DNA of 64,000 bases from Macrostomum lignano (GCA_002269645.1 NIVC01003513.1:1-64000), one strand, 5' to 3'. Positions 48,269 through 62,128 are shown, counted from the first letter of the stretch. Translations and numbers: made by a program. The notes: generated from the sequence alone by a model not told the origin.

Positions 48269-50186
48269 TTTCCAGGTGCTGAACTTCCGACACAAGAGAA
48301 CCTGCAGTTACACCTTTACAAAAAGTCAAGACCGTCACAAAGAAGCCGCTGGGCAAGATATTTCACACCGAAGTTGCATCGCTTTGATATTTTTGACTTC
48401 GTTGCCTCCGAAAAAAGCAGCACTGCACGCGCGCCAAGCCAAAAAAGCAAACGATTCGTGTGATACGCGATGCATCCATCATCAGCTGTCATCTGCCTGG
48501 CACCAACCAACCACCCCAATTGCCACTCTTTACCCTCGGGGCAATTTTTTTAAAGTGACTAATGTAGAAGCCAAGAAAGGAAAGGACAGTCAGTCAGGAG
48601 CAGTGCGGATTGTCTCAAGCTATCCATGCTCCGCCTCCTGCCAGGTAGGTTGGGGGGAGGAAAGGATGACGGGGGCCACTTCAAACTGTGGAAAATTTTG
48701 GCAATAAAATATGCTCCTGGCCTCCCTCCTCAAGCTATTCTGTGCCAGCCAGTCTCTCACAAAAGCAGAGAAGGCAGGCGGGCGCGCGCACAGTGAGGGA
48801 GAAAGGAAGCGGAGGCATCCGGGATGCCCGCTAGACAGCCGGGCGCCGCCAGGCCCTCCCAGAATCCCCACTCCACTAAAGTTTCTCTCCCCCCCTCAAC
48901 AACTTCGGGTTGCCAGCTACAGGCTTTGATGATGCGAGGAATCTTCAATTGTCCCTTTCCCGTCTCTCTCTCCTTTCTCCTCAGCCCCCCATAAAGCTTC
49001 TGTTTGTCAAAAGCAGCAAAATACTGGGAGGTGTTGGCGGATTCACAAAAACACACACAGGACACAAAGCAAAGAAGAAAAAAATTTGTTCCCACAAATG
49101 GCGCTGAAGTAGGAGGAAGGCAGTTTCGCCTGTCAGGGCCGCAGCTGCTGCAGTCACTTACCAGCCAAGCCCTTTTGTCCTATTATAACGCTATAAGCTT
49201 ATAGGGGATGCCTTGAAGGCGGGAGAGGAGGCGGGTTGGGGCTGGGCAAAGATCCTCCTGACTCCTCCAGCCCGCCTTTCCCTTTCCAGCCAGCCAGCCA
49301 CGGCGCTCTCCGCTTGAAGGCCTTTGAATTGGCGGAGCATCGAAATTCTTTTTCCTTCAACAATCATGCACACTTTCTGTCTGAGCAGCATCAGCAGCTT
49401 CTCTTGGGAACACAGTTTTTACACACCTGTCTTAGCTATTGCCAATTTTGTGGGAAACTGGCAAGCAGGCAGTCAGCTTTGACAGAAGCGTGATTGACAG
49501 GCAGCCAAGTGATAGGAATGAAGCGACGGTACCTGTTTGAGCATGTTGCAGAGTTTTGGATCGATTCTCTTCTTTGTTAGCATCTTTTTGAACTGGCAGA
49601 CTGGAACTGCCTGAGAGAGAGAGTCAGAAAGAGAAAGGAAATGCGACCCCGGCATAACTAAATTTTGACACCCGGGTTTAATGCCTTGTACCAAAAATGA
49701 CTTTTATTGCTCGTTACTCAGCTCGTACTCGTTGTTTGTAGGCGAGTGGTCGTTCTGTGCGTGCCGAGGCTGCGATTTAGGGCCGACGCGCTGACGGACA
49801 GGCGGCGAAAACTCCGCGATTTCTTCGGCAATTCGTCTACCTCGGCGGTCTGGTTCCACAGCAGCCAGGACGGACAGAGGGTGTGGCGTTGTTCTTGCTC
49901 AAACAGCATGTCGGTACACGATGGCCTACGGCTGCACGGCGCCACCTTCAAGATTGGCGACGAGCGAGTTTCCAACGCGGCACTGTATCGACCGTCATAT
50001 CAAACTCGTACCAATTCGGTCGGGCATCACGGCTTTCGTTCCCCGCGAGTTTTGGAAGTCGATCAATCCGATGGAGACAATCCTCATAAACACGATCCTC
50101 TAAATGCTCGCGTGCCGGATGTACATGTACGTACAGGGAAAGGAGAGTTATGGAAATGTCTATGGCACATGTACACGAGCACATGA

Positions 50187-50480
50187 GGGGGCTGTAGCCC
50201 AGTGGTCAGAGCGTCGGACTCACAACTGAAAGGTCGGGGGTTCGATTCCCGATAACACTGGAACAATTTGTGTCCTTGAGCAAGGCAACTCTGCATTGCT
50301 TCAGTTCACCCAGCTGTAAAATGGGTGCCAGCATTAGCTGAGGTAATTGAGGGTGTGTGTGGCGACCCCCTAGGAGTCCTTGGACTGAACAGCCGTACGC
50401 AGCCTTCAGATGCGCCGCGCAATAGCTGCGGCTGAGCTGTCGGTTGCACATCCGCCGGTTAGAGCAGGTGTAATCAATTA
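50187..50480 (+). mobile_element. tRNA-derived SINE with a CORE (MIR-like) domain, copy 1
   Basis: A box TAGCCCAGTGG at 50195-50205, B box GGTTCGATTCC at 50239-50249, then TGTGTCCTTGAGCAAGG...CTGTAAAATGGG at 50269-50325. Homologous along its length to copy 2. Confidence 0.85.
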
Positions 50481-51229
50481 TTAAATATTAATTATACGAG
50501 CCCTATAACGTCGAACAAAACACAAACACTTGTTCCGTTTGTAAATGCCAATTCCCAGAAGCTGAAATATTGTGAATATATTTCCTTCTGCTGACTACAC
50601 ATTTTTATATACAGCACTACTTTCAGTAGCAGCAAAGCCCGGCACCACTCAAAAATGAATCGAATTCAAACGAAAAAAATTCACACTCAAAGGAAGTGAC
50701 TACCACATTTTTAGCAAAAAAGGAATTTGAATCAAATAGCGCAGTCAATTTTTTATTTTCCATAGGTTCACTTGTCTGTACTTTTAGAGCAGCATTTGTG
50801 GTGATTTTATAGTTCAACAAAACAGAGCCATCGTCATGCATGCAGCGAGAGACATGCGAGCGCAAAGATTACATAACAGATAAGCAGTAATTAAATGTTA
50901 GAAAATTGAAATTGCTCAAAACTCAGTCGAGTACGGGATCGAATTTTTACTAACTAAAAAGAGCACACTGCACAAAAGCAAAGGCGGTGTAATGCATTTA
51001 AATTCAGCCAATATAATTGTATCATTAAAAGTCATCAATTACATTTTCACCGTAATTTTTATTATCTAATCATTCTAAATACACCAACGATGATTAACGA
51101 GGTTGCAGAAAGCAAACCTTGATTTTTATGCATTCAGACAGACATTTTGAGAGAGCAGCGATATCAATATGTACATTTAGTAATATGTCAACACTTGAAA
51201 TGGGCAAGCACACGTCAATCGCAGTTCTA

Positions 51230-53303
51230 TCTACTAGTCAGTCTCATGCCTATCTACTAGTCAGTCTCATGTCTATCTACTAGTCACTCTCATGTTTATC
51301 TACTAGTCACTCTCATGTTTATATACTAGTCAGTCTCATGTCTATATACTAGTCACTCTCATGTTTATATACTAGTCAGTCTCATGTCTATATACTAGTC
51401 AGTCTCATGTCTATATACTAGTCAGTCTCATGTCTATATACTAGTCACTCTCATGTCTATATACTAGTCAGTCTCATGTCTATATACTAGTCACTCTCAT
51501 GTTTATATACTAGTCAGTCTCATGTTTATATACTAGTCAGTCTCATGTCTATATACTAGTCAGTCTCATGTCTATATACTAGTCAGTCTCATGTCTATAT
51601 ACTAGTCACTCTCATGTTTATATACTAGTCAGTCTCATGTTTATATACTAGTCAGTCTCATGTCTATATACTAGTCAGTCTCATGTCTATATACTAGTCA
51701 CTCTCATGTCTATCTACTAGTCACTCTCATGTCTATATACTAGTCAGTCTCATGTCTATATACTAGTCAGTCTCGTGTCTATCTACTAGTCAGTCTCATG
51801 TCTATCTACTAGTCACTCTCATGTCTATATACTAGTCAGTCTCATGTCTATATACTAGTCAGTCTCGTGTCTATCTACTAGTCAGTCTCATGTCTATATA
51901 CTAGTCAGTCTCGTGTCTATCTACTAGTCAGTCTCATGTCTATATACTAGTCAGTCTCATGTCTATATACTAGTCAGTCTCATGTCTATATACTAGTCAG
52001 TCTCATGTCTATCTACTAGTCAGTCTCATGTCTATATACTAGTCAGTCTCATGTCTATCTACTAGTCAGTCTCATGTCTATATACTAGTCAGCCTCATGT
52101 CTATCTACTAGTCAGTGTCATGTCTATATACTAGTCAGTCTCATGTCTATATACTAGTCAGTCTCATGTCTATATACTAGTCAGTCTTATGTCTATATAC
52201 TAGTCAGTCTCATGTCTATATACTAGTCAGCCTCATGTCTATCTACTAGTCAGTCTCATGTCTATATACTAGTCAGTCTCATGTCTATCTACTAGTCAGT
52301 CTCATGTCTATATACTAGTCAGCCTCATGTCTATCTACTAGTCAGTCTCATGTCTATATACTAGTCAGTCTCATGTCTATATACTAGTCAGTCTCATGTC
52401 TATATACTAGTCAGTCTTATGTCTATATACTGGTCAGTCTCATGTCTATCTACTAGTCAGTCTTTTGTCTATCTACTAGTCAGTCTCATGTCTATCTACT
52501 AGTCAGTCTTATGTCTATCTACTAGTCAGTCTTATGTCTATCTACTAGTCAGTCTCATGTCTATATACTAGTCAGTCTTATGTCTATCTACTAGTCAGTC
52601 TTATGTCTATATACTAGTCAGTCTCGTGTCTATATACTAGTCAGTCTCATGTCTATATACTAGTCACTCTCATGTCTATATACTAGTCACTCTTATGTCT
52701 ATCTACTAGTCACTCTCATGTCTATATACTAGTCAGTCTCATGTCTATATACTAGTCACTCTCATGTCTATCTACTAGTCAGTCTTATGTCTATCTACTA
52801 GTCAGTCTTATGTCTATCTACTAGTCAGTCTCATGTCTATATACTAGTCAGTCTTATGTCTATCTACTAGTCAGTCTTATGTCTATATACTAGTCAGTCT
52901 CATGTCTATATACTAGTCAGTCTTATGTCTATCTACTAGTCAGTCTTATGTCTATATACTAGTCACTCTTATGTCTATCTACTAGTCACTCTCATGTCTA
53001 TATACTAGTCAGTCTCATGTCTATATACTAGTCACTCTCATGTCTATATACTAGTCACTCTCATGTCTATATACTAGTCACTCTCATGTGTATCTACTAG
53101 TCAGTCTCATGTCTATCTACTAGTCACTCTCATGTCTATATACTAGTCAGTCTCATGTCTATATACTAGTCACTCTCATGTCTATATACTAGTCACTCTC
53201 ATGTCTATATACTAGTCACTCTCATGTGTATCTACTAGTCACTCTCATGTCTATATACTAGTCAGTCTCATGTCTATATACTAGTCAGTCTCATGTCTAT
53301 TTA
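51230..53303. repeat. 23-bp minisatellite (TACTAGTCAGTCTCATGTCTATA)n, about 2.1 kb
   Basis: Directly visible. Confidence 0.96.
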
Positions 53304-54043
53304 CTACTGAATCTGTTGTCTGTCTATTACTCATGCTTAAATACAAATTAATCTCTCAAATCTATTCTATTTTGCATACGTTATCTACTAAGCAATGAGG
53401 GTATTAATTTGATTCTCTCAATCTTATTGAACACAATAAATGAAAATAGTGACAATTTACTCATATTAAAAAGAAGCATTTTTACGTAATTATGTGCATT
53501 TACAGTAAATAGACATTAAACCTCAATACATATTTTTAATAAATATATGTACAAGCGCAGAGTTGCAAAAATAAGATAAATATCAGAGAGAGAGCTGCAG
53601 TTGAAATCAATAGCGTTATTTAATGATAACTACACAATTATTTTATACCGCTTCTCTAAATTCTATAACAACAAGTGACGCAAACAATGGCTTCTTATAT
53701 TCCATATACACAAGGTACAGCGAGTCTATCTCCATGCAGCCTAAGAGACACTGGAACAGGAGAGACCAGACTACTTTAAACTCAAACTGAAGCCGGGAAG
53801 CCTTTAAGCTTTGTATCTCTTTAACCTGTAGGCAAACGGAGAATTGTTTATTTTTTGCTACTATTTTGGAACACGATACTACTAACTGCAATAAGTAGAG
53901 CGCGGAACTGGACAGCAAAATAATAGAGGAGAGAGAATAATTTAGGCTATACGGGAGAAACTGCATACAATCAATGTTGATAGCTGATTAATTCAAATTA
54001 ACAGTATAAATACTGAGAGCCAACTTCCGCCCACCGCTAAACT

Positions 54044-55750
54044 TAACAGTGTGAAATGTCACTCTCAACAGTGTGAAATGTCACTCTCAACAGTGTGAAA
54101 TGTCACTCTCAATAGTGTGAAATGTTACTCAATGGAGTGAAATGTGGCTTTCAACAGTGTGAAATGTCACTCTCAACAGTGTGAAATGTCACTCTCAATA
54201 GTGTGAAATGTCACTCTCAACAGTGTGAAATGTCACTCTCAACAGTGTGAAATGTCACTCACAATAGTGTGAAATGTCACTCTCAATAGTGTGAAATATC
54301 ACTCTCAACAGTGTGAAATGTCACTCTGAACAGTGTGAAATGTCACTCTCAACAGTGTGAAATGTCACTCTCAACAGTGTGAAATGTCACTCTCAACAGT
54401 GTGAAATGTCACTCTCAACAGTGTGAAATGTCAGTGTCAACCTCAACAGTGTGAAATGTTACTCTCTGGAGTGAAATGTCACTCCCAACAGTGTGAAATG
54501 TTACTCTCAACAGTGTGAAATGTCACTCTCAATAGTGTGAAATGTCACTCTCAACAGTGTGAAATGTCACTCTGAACAGTGTGAAATGTCACTCTCAACA
54601 GTGTGAAATGTTACTCTCAACAGTGTGAAATGTTACTCTCAACAGTGTGAAATGTCACTCTCAACAGTGTGAAATGTCACTCTCAACAGTGTGAAATGTC
54701 ACTCTCAATAGTGTGAAATGTCCCTCTCAACAGTGTGAAATGTCACTCTGAACAGTGTGAAATGTCAGTGTCAACCTCAACAGTGTGAAATGTTACTCAC
54801 TGGAGTGAAAAGTCACTCACAACAGTGTGAAATGTCACTCTCAACAGTGTGAAATGTCACTCTCAACAGTGTGAAATGTCACTCTCAACAGTGTGAAATG
54901 TCACTCTCAACAGTGTGAAATGTCAGTGTCAACCTCAACAGTGTGAAATGTTACTCTCTGGAGTGAAATGTCACTCCCAACAGTGCGAAATGTCACTCTC
55001 AATAGTGTGAAATGTCACTCTCAACAGTGTGAAATGTCACTCTCAACAGTGTGAAATGTCACTCTCAACAGTGTGAAATGTCACTCTCAACAGTGTGAAA
55101 TGTCAGTGTCAACCTCAACAGTGTGAAATGTTACTCTCTGGAGTGAAATGTCACTCCCAACAGTGCGAAATGTCACTCTCAATAGTGTGAAATGTCACTC
55201 TCAACAGTGTGAAATGTCCCTCTCAACAGTGTGAAATGTCCCTCTCAACAGTGTGAAATGTCACTCTCAATAGTGTGAAATATCACTCTCAACAGTGTGA
55301 AATGTCACTCTGAACAGTGTGAAATGTCACTCTCAACAGTGTGAAATGTTACTCTCAACAGTGTGAAATGTTACTCTCAACAGTGTGAAATGTCACTCTC
55401 AACAGTGTGAAATGTCACTCTCAACAGTGTGAAATGTCACTCTCAACAGTGTGAAATGTCCCTCTTAACAGTGTGAAATGTCACTCTGAACAGTGTGAAA
55501 TGTCAGTGTCAACCTCAACAGTGTGAAATGTTACTCACTGGAGTGAAATGTCACTCTCAACAGTGTGAAATGTCACTCTCAACAGTGTGAAATGTCACTC
55601 TCAACAGTGTGAAATGTCACTCTCAACAGTGTGAAATGTCAGTGTCAACCTCAACAGTGTGAAATGTTACTCTCTGGAGTGAAATGTCACTTCCAACAGT
55701 GCGAAATGTCACTCTCAATAGTGTGAAATGTCACTCTCAACAGTGTGAAA
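54044..55750. repeat. 22-bp minisatellite (CAACAGTGTGAAATGTCACTCT)n with a higher-order variant pattern
   Basis: Directly visible; the variant cassette GTCAGTGTCAACCTC...CTGGAG recurs about 6 times. Confidence 0.96.
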
Positions 55751-55876
55751 GGGCAGTTAACAGAGTGAAGCGGGAAAGCATGAATCCGCATAAGCGTTAT
55801 TGAATGAGTGACGGGGTCAGCAATGACTGTTAGTAGTTTTACTGTTAAATCCTCTCTCTCTGTCTCTCTCTCTATC

Positions 55877-57941
55877 TTACGCGTTGCGATCGGCGGCCAC
55901 AGAGTTGGGCGCGGCGTCCTGATGGTTGGGTATAGAATTGACGGAGATGGGCAGGAAGATGACGCTGTCCGGGCCGCGGACGGGCACGTAGCCTAAGCTG
56001 AACAGATTCGGCGAGTCCAGATTAAACTCGGTCGAAGTGAACGCCGACTGCGGTATCTGCAGGATCGGGGCGGAGCCGGGCGCCGGCGAGAATGTCGCGG
56101 AGGTTGGCGTGGCAGCAGAGCCGGCGGCCATGGCCAAATTGCTGAGATTGCTCAGGTCCAGCGAGGCTGGTATGTGGCTCTTCCGGTCTGATAGCGAGCT
56201 GCCGGCTGCGGCGGCAGCGGCGGCGGCGGCGCGACCGCCGGGCGACAGCAGGTCGCTGAGGCCCTGGTGGCTGAGCAATGGCAGAGGAATCTCGGGCTTC
56301 ACTGTGGTCACAGAGCTCACGGAGACTACTGGCATAGGGAATTCCGAGCTCTGCTGCTGATGCTGCTGCGGCGGCTGTCGCTGTGGATGCTGCTCGGGCT
56401 GCTGGTGATGATGAAGATGCTGATGATGAAGCTGCTGATGATGATGATGATGCTGCTGGTGATGCTGAGGCACAGAAGGCTGAGCTTGTTGCTGCTGTTG
56501 AGCCAGCGGATGCTGCGGGGGCGGCGGCGGTGGCTGCATGTGATGCTGAAGGTGCTGCTGCTGATGGTGCTGCACAGGCGAGACAGACGCCTGATCCTGC
56601 TGCTGAAATGGAAGCTGAGCCGGCGGCGGCGGCGGTGGCGGCGGGGGCTCCGCTGGCATAGCAGCCGCGGGGGCACCGCTTCCGGCTCCGACAGGGGAAG
56701 CAGCCTCGCCCGGTGAGGGCATCATGCCGCCGCCACTGCCTCCTCCGTCTGGCGACTTCTCCGAGCTGAGGCAGGCTTGGATCAGAGCCTTGCCATTGTT
56801 GGATTGCACCATGTTGTTCAGCTTCTCTGTAGTGTAGGTGTACACGTGGCCGGTCTCTGAGGCGACCAATAGGAGCACGTGGGCGCCTGCAGGGAATGCA
56901 GGAGAGCATTATTAGGATTTGATTGAAACTGCTCCTGGCATTATGTAATGGTCGAATTGCTGAAAAGTCGTTGCAAACAACTCTGGTGACTCTAGCGACT
57001 CTGGGGGGGGGACTGTTGCGTCACAAGCGCGTCACGTGACTTGTAGAATCGTAAGAGTCTCGAAGAAAGTCATTTATTAATCGTTGTGTTAGCGCTAAAC
57101 TTTCTACTAACTCAGTAGGCTAGTTAGAGTGCAATTAGAGTTCCATAGGCTATACCGAGTGTTTGTTGCGTAACTGTAACTCTGACTCTGTAACGCGCCC
57201 AGAGCGTCTCAGAAGTGACGCAATAAAGCGCTTCTTTTGCGACTTTTTAGCGACTGGAGAACGCCGCTAAATCAAGCGACGCAAATGCACTTTAAACCGG
57301 ACTCTACAGCCCCAGAGTATAAGGCGACTCTTGGGCGACCTGAACCGTGACATTTCGTCGTTTTAAGACTCAATTCTTTCCCTTTTTACCTATGTCATTT
57401 GCAACGACTCTGGGAGGCTTCTTGGCCTAGGTACCATTTTTATGGGGATAATTCTTGAGATTTATTGCAGTTGGGATTGTCTCTGGAGAATTTTTTATTA
57501 TCGATAAGTAGGGTTGATATTTATATTGTAAAAAGATCAGTGTGACGCAGCTTTAGATTGCGCACCGGTTAGAGAGGCCAGCTCGTACGCCTTCTTCATC
57601 AGTCCAGTCTTACGCTTCGAAAACGTAGTAAAGCGCCTATTCTTATCCTGTATGAATTCAATTTTAATTTTCTGCTTTCCGCGCGACTTCTTCTTCGGCG
57701 GCGGCTGGTCGGCGGCGCCGTCGATCCGCTGGTCGGGGCCGCTGGCGGGCAAGTAGGGCGACACCGACCGGGATCTGTCCTCGCCACCAGACGGCGACGG
57801 GCCCGGCGTGAGGTCGTCGCAGCAGTCCTCGGGATTCTCGGCATGAAATCGCCAACAGTTTGAGAAGGGCTGGTCGCCGTGCTGAGCGCACAGTTCGTCG
57901 CTTGAACCGGTGGCTGACATGCTATTGTGCGGAGTCGGCAT
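55877..57941 (-). CDS. SRF: Serum response factor (MADS-box, SRF type), 461 aa, 2 exons (57941-57566, 56886-55877)
   Basis: KSRGKQKIKIEFIQDKNRRFTTFSKRKTGLMKKAYELASLTG|AHVLLLVASETGHVYTYTTEKLNNMVQSNNGKALIQACL is a MADS box plus the SRF SAM domain. Phase-1 intron GTGCGC...TGCAG. Q/H/P-rich tail. Confidence 0.95.
56966..57409. mobile_element. Possible MITE remnant in the SRF intron
   Basis: Perfect 12-bp inverted repeat AGTCGTTGCAAA (56966-56977) / TTTGCAACGACT (57398-57409) and recurrent GCGACTCT words inside; no TSD found. Confidence 0.35.
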
Positions 57942-58065
57942 GAATTACCAGCGGCTTAGTCTGATTAAATCAACTCAGCAGGTTAAAATGTGCACTGCCA
58001 ATTATTAATATGACTGTTTGTTAAGCGTAACCTGGGTTTTATTGTCATGATGACACACCAACTTT

Positions 58066-58360
58066 AACTGATTACACTTGTCCTAATGGCCAGATGTGCA
58101 ACCGACAGCTCAGCCGCAGCTATTGGGCGGCGCATCTGAAGCCTGCGTACGGCTGTTCAGTCCAAGGACTGGCGGGTCGCCACACACAGCCTTAATTACC
58201 CCAGCTAATGCTGATGCCCCATTTTACAGTTGGGTGAACTAAAGCAATGCAGAGTTAAGTGTCTTGATCAAGGACATAAATTGTTCCGAGTGGGACCAGG
58301 AATCGAACTCCCGACCTTCAAGTCGTGAGTCCGACACTTCTAACCACTAGGCTACAAACC
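58066..58360 (-). mobile_element. tRNA-derived CORE-SINE, copy 2, ending about 125 bp upstream of the SRF ATG
   Basis: The reverse complement reads GGTTTGTAGCCTAGTGGTTAG...GAGTTCGATTCC...TATGTCCTTGATCAAGACACTTAAC...CTGTAAAATGGGG...GTGTAATC and is collinear with copy 1. Confidence 0.85.
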
Positions 58361-60003
58361 TTAAACTGTTTTCCAAACTGGATGTTATTTAATTTAAGTT
58401 CCATTTCTCTGTCATTCATATTTCACTTGAAGTATAAATCATTTTATATTTATCGGGATTCTAAAAAAATTGAAGACTTGAAACTGATGATTTTGAACTG
58501 AATCAAATTTTAGTAATCTGTAAACATAAAGTCTGCATACTTCTCCGTGTGGGTAAAGATGTTGGTGTTTTAATTGATTTTAAGCTTTTTATGTAAGCTG
58601 GCATCTTGAGCTATCAATTTGGCCTCCTAAGTTTGAACTCAAAATTGAAAATGACACAGCAATTGTCTTTATGATACTATTGAAACTAGTTTACCTTAGC
58701 TAAAATGTTAGAATTAGAAATGAGATTCAGTGTTCCCTAGATTGTGTACATTACAGATGTAAAATAATGGGTGTGTGCCAAATATTTTCAAATATGGAAT
58801 AGTAAAATTAATTACTAATATGATTGCACAAAATATAAAGATTAGTGTAAGAGCCATTCCATAGGTTGAAGCACGATAGACTTATCAAATGGAAAAAATG
58901 CTAAATATTATATTTAGCATTTAGTATTCTAAATGAATGATAGATTCTTAAAATGGCACTAAAGAACAATTATTTTTTTCAAAAAAAGCCTTGGAAACTT
59001 TATTAAACTTTATGGGAACTAGCAGCCATTGCCATTACAAATGTCATGGTTTTTTATTCTAATGCAAGATGCTACTAGAGTTATACTAAGATTTTACTAG
59101 CACCACCGCGGGCCTCCCTGCATCAACTGCCACACATAACCTCACTTGAACTGGCTGTCTTGAAGATGTTATTCTTCCTGAGCCAAGCTGCCCAAATGCC
59201 AGGCAAACTTAATTGCTTCCTCCACTATTAAAACAAAATGAATAAAACTGACATTAACACAACAGAAATTAGTAAAAGTCAAACTTTAACAACTTTTGCC
59301 ACTCTTTTTACCATTTTCTAAATTAAAACTTTAATGTAAATTGGACAGTTGCATTCAAAATCAATATTTACTAATAATATTCATACTAAAACATGCATAT
59401 GGCACTTATATACACTATCTTTTTAAAAGCACTAAGCAACATAAATCTATTATAAACCACATTTATCCCTACATTTTTTCAAAAATCATTTTGTTTTCAA
59501 CAATCAATATATATATATATATATACTCTACAAAATCTGTGTGGTCTTGCCATTGCCATGACTTTACCACCTACCATTTGCAATTTTCAAAAATAAATTG
59601 CATCATTATGTTGCTGCTAAAATTTAACTTGGACAGGGATAATATAGTGACTGGCTATAAACTAGTTATTTAGCAGCATTCACTAGCTTTCCTAAGGGCT
59701 TTGCATTCGGCTATACAGCAGCCTAGTCTATTTGATCTAGAGAAGGTTACCCCATGCTAGACCTAAGTGTTTATTGCCTAATGACTCATAGCCACATACT
59801 ATGATTTCCCTACCCACACTAAGGAGGCATAGCAGAATGATTTATCCCCTACCTTCATACACACACGGAATGCAAAGGCTGCCTATAGGGAGTAAACAAG
59901 ATGACTCATCCACTTAAATCTATTTTAGCACATAAAAGCATGACAAGATTGCCTTATTTCAAAGTTGGCCTTGAGTCATGCCTATCTTGCATGACTCCAA
60001 GGT

Positions 60004-60013
60004 CCAAATAAGG
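60004..60013. promoter_or_regulatory. Perfect CArG box CCAAATAAGG about 2.1 kb upstream of SRF
   Basis: Matches CC(A/T)6GG; function is inferred only. Confidence 0.35.
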
Positions 60014-62118
60014 AAGTTTAATGCACTTAGTTCATTAAACTTACATGACTTTTGGGGGGTCCACTCAGCTAAAAATATGGAGCACTTATGAGCTGTTTTT
60101 CCCCAGATTGCATTTTTAGGCTTTGTCCAGAGCTGCTTCAAGAAGAGGTGCACTTCTTGGTAGCAAATAGAAATTAATAAATTGATAGAAATCAATGATA
60201 CACTCAGCAGCTGTTACTACTGCTGCAATTATAGATGCTATTACAATTATTGAGCTCCTTACTATAGATGATGTATATGTTAACATTGAGCTATATACAC
60301 AATCTGACCAAGTAAAGTGGCTTGTGCAATAAGCAAAGTGCAATGTCAGCTTGTACTCAATAGCTAGCTGTCATGAAAGTGTATTGCAAATTATATCTAT
60401 ATAGTCTATCTATTCAACTATCAAATAGATTGGGCATGAGTCTTGGCTAGTGCCTTGTATGATAGGCCCCATAGTCAATGTCACAAGTTGTAAAAACTCA
60501 TTAAGTATATGTGAGCTTGGCCTTCATTTAAAAGTCATGTTGGAGTCTGGCAACAAGTTTTAAGACCACCTAGATAAGGCTACATTTTATGCCTTTATAT
60601 ACAACAATCTGCAAGTGTTTGAGCTAGCCAGCCAAGTATTTTATTGACTGCTTGATTACACTTTGCATTAAGGTGGCACTGGTGTGTATAACGGAAATAG
60701 TGCACATTTCTAGTTCATTCTTTTTAGTGATTCAATAATTTTATTCTATTCTATTCATTCAATAATGAAGATATAGTACATTTCTAGTAGCCAGGCTAAT
60801 GCTATGCTTGAGCTACATGCTAAGCTTTATTAGATGCTACTAGGAATTAAAATGCCAATATGTGATCAGCTGCTCAATTGGGTAACATGCCTACTTTACA
60901 AGTGCATCTTGGCCTTTTCTTCTTTGATTTCTATGGTAAAGCATTGAAGAAATAAAATATCACCAAGGTTATTAACTGCCATATACACGCTCCTCTTGGC
61001 TCCCTATTTGTTGGGCACTATGACCTAAATATAGATAGCAGCTATGATAATATGAGTAAGAGTATTTAGGAACAAGATATAACATATTTATTCAGCACAA
61101 ATTTTATTATATAGCTTTACACATAGTACACACTTAAAAAAAATAGACTAAAAAGTATTAGCATATACACATGACACCTTCCTAAGTAGGGATTGACCAA
61201 CCATGAATTTTTTGCATGATTGGAATTAGACTGTGTGTGAAACTCTGTGACTATGAATTTTTTATAATATACATCTTAATTTAAACGCGGAAATATTAAT
61301 ATTAATACTACTAAGACTAATGAAATTTTTATTGATTTTTAAGCTTTGTTTTATCATGTTTATTGATTGACTATATCTTATTACATCTGTTGCAATTTTG
61401 GTTTGCTTTGGTTATGCTATGATTTCAAAAAACTAAGGTTTACTTCACAAAATTTATTAATTGTGATTGGCAAAAAACTGTACATAGCTTTTTTACTTGT
61501 GATCATATTTTTCGTGATTGTGACCATGATCATGGTCAATCCTTATTACTAAGTGTGGCTATAAGCTAGAGGGCCTATATTGTAAAAAAGTTAACATAAA
61601 AGCAACTTATTCTTAGCATTAATTTTTTAAATAATAACATATATAGGACCTTAGAATAAATTAAAGCACATTGTTTAACAGCTAAGGAATAATATCTTGA
61701 ATAAAATTTAAAAATATATCTGCTTCTAACTAATTACAGACTTATCAAACCATTACAATGCAATCTTTCTATAATTCCCTTTGTGCCAATTGAAATATTC
61801 AGTTTCCTTGAATATTCAATTCAATAAACCTTGAATATTCAGTTAGACTATTAACTTTAATATAGGAATTAGTCCAAGGCTTTGCATCTTTAAGTGGATG
61901 GTATGAATGTAATTTAAAGTTGAAAATCATTTTGTTGGCAAACAAGAACATGTTGCTGCTATGAGAGCCAAGATCCTTACATAGCCAATGAAACATAATA
62001 TGACAATTTAGTGAATGCAGCATTGTCTAATGCTAAGACAATGACAATTTAGATAATTTAGCTATTTTTCTTATAACTTGCATTATGACAATCTTAAATA
62101 TGACAACTTTGACCAGAG

Positions 62119-62128
62119 CCATATATGG
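62119..62128. promoter_or_regulatory. Perfect palindromic CArG box CCATATATGG about 4.2 kb upstream of SRF
   Basis: Matches CC(A/T)6GG; function is inferred only. Confidence 0.35.

Noticed and set aside
49690-50180. GC-rich segment ending in AATAAA on minus, possibly an LTR or retro-fragment
   Set aside because: No recognisable domain, second copy, TG..CA pair or TSD in the window.
50187-50260. tRNA gene (CAC-like anticodon loop)
   Set aside because: The acceptor stem does not close and the sequence continues into a SINE body shared with 58066-58360, so it is a SINE head.
59900-60120. Stop-riddled minus frame with KLPYLDL, reminiscent of a Penelope/LINE RT motif
   Set aside because: Too short and too interrupted to support without an HMM search.
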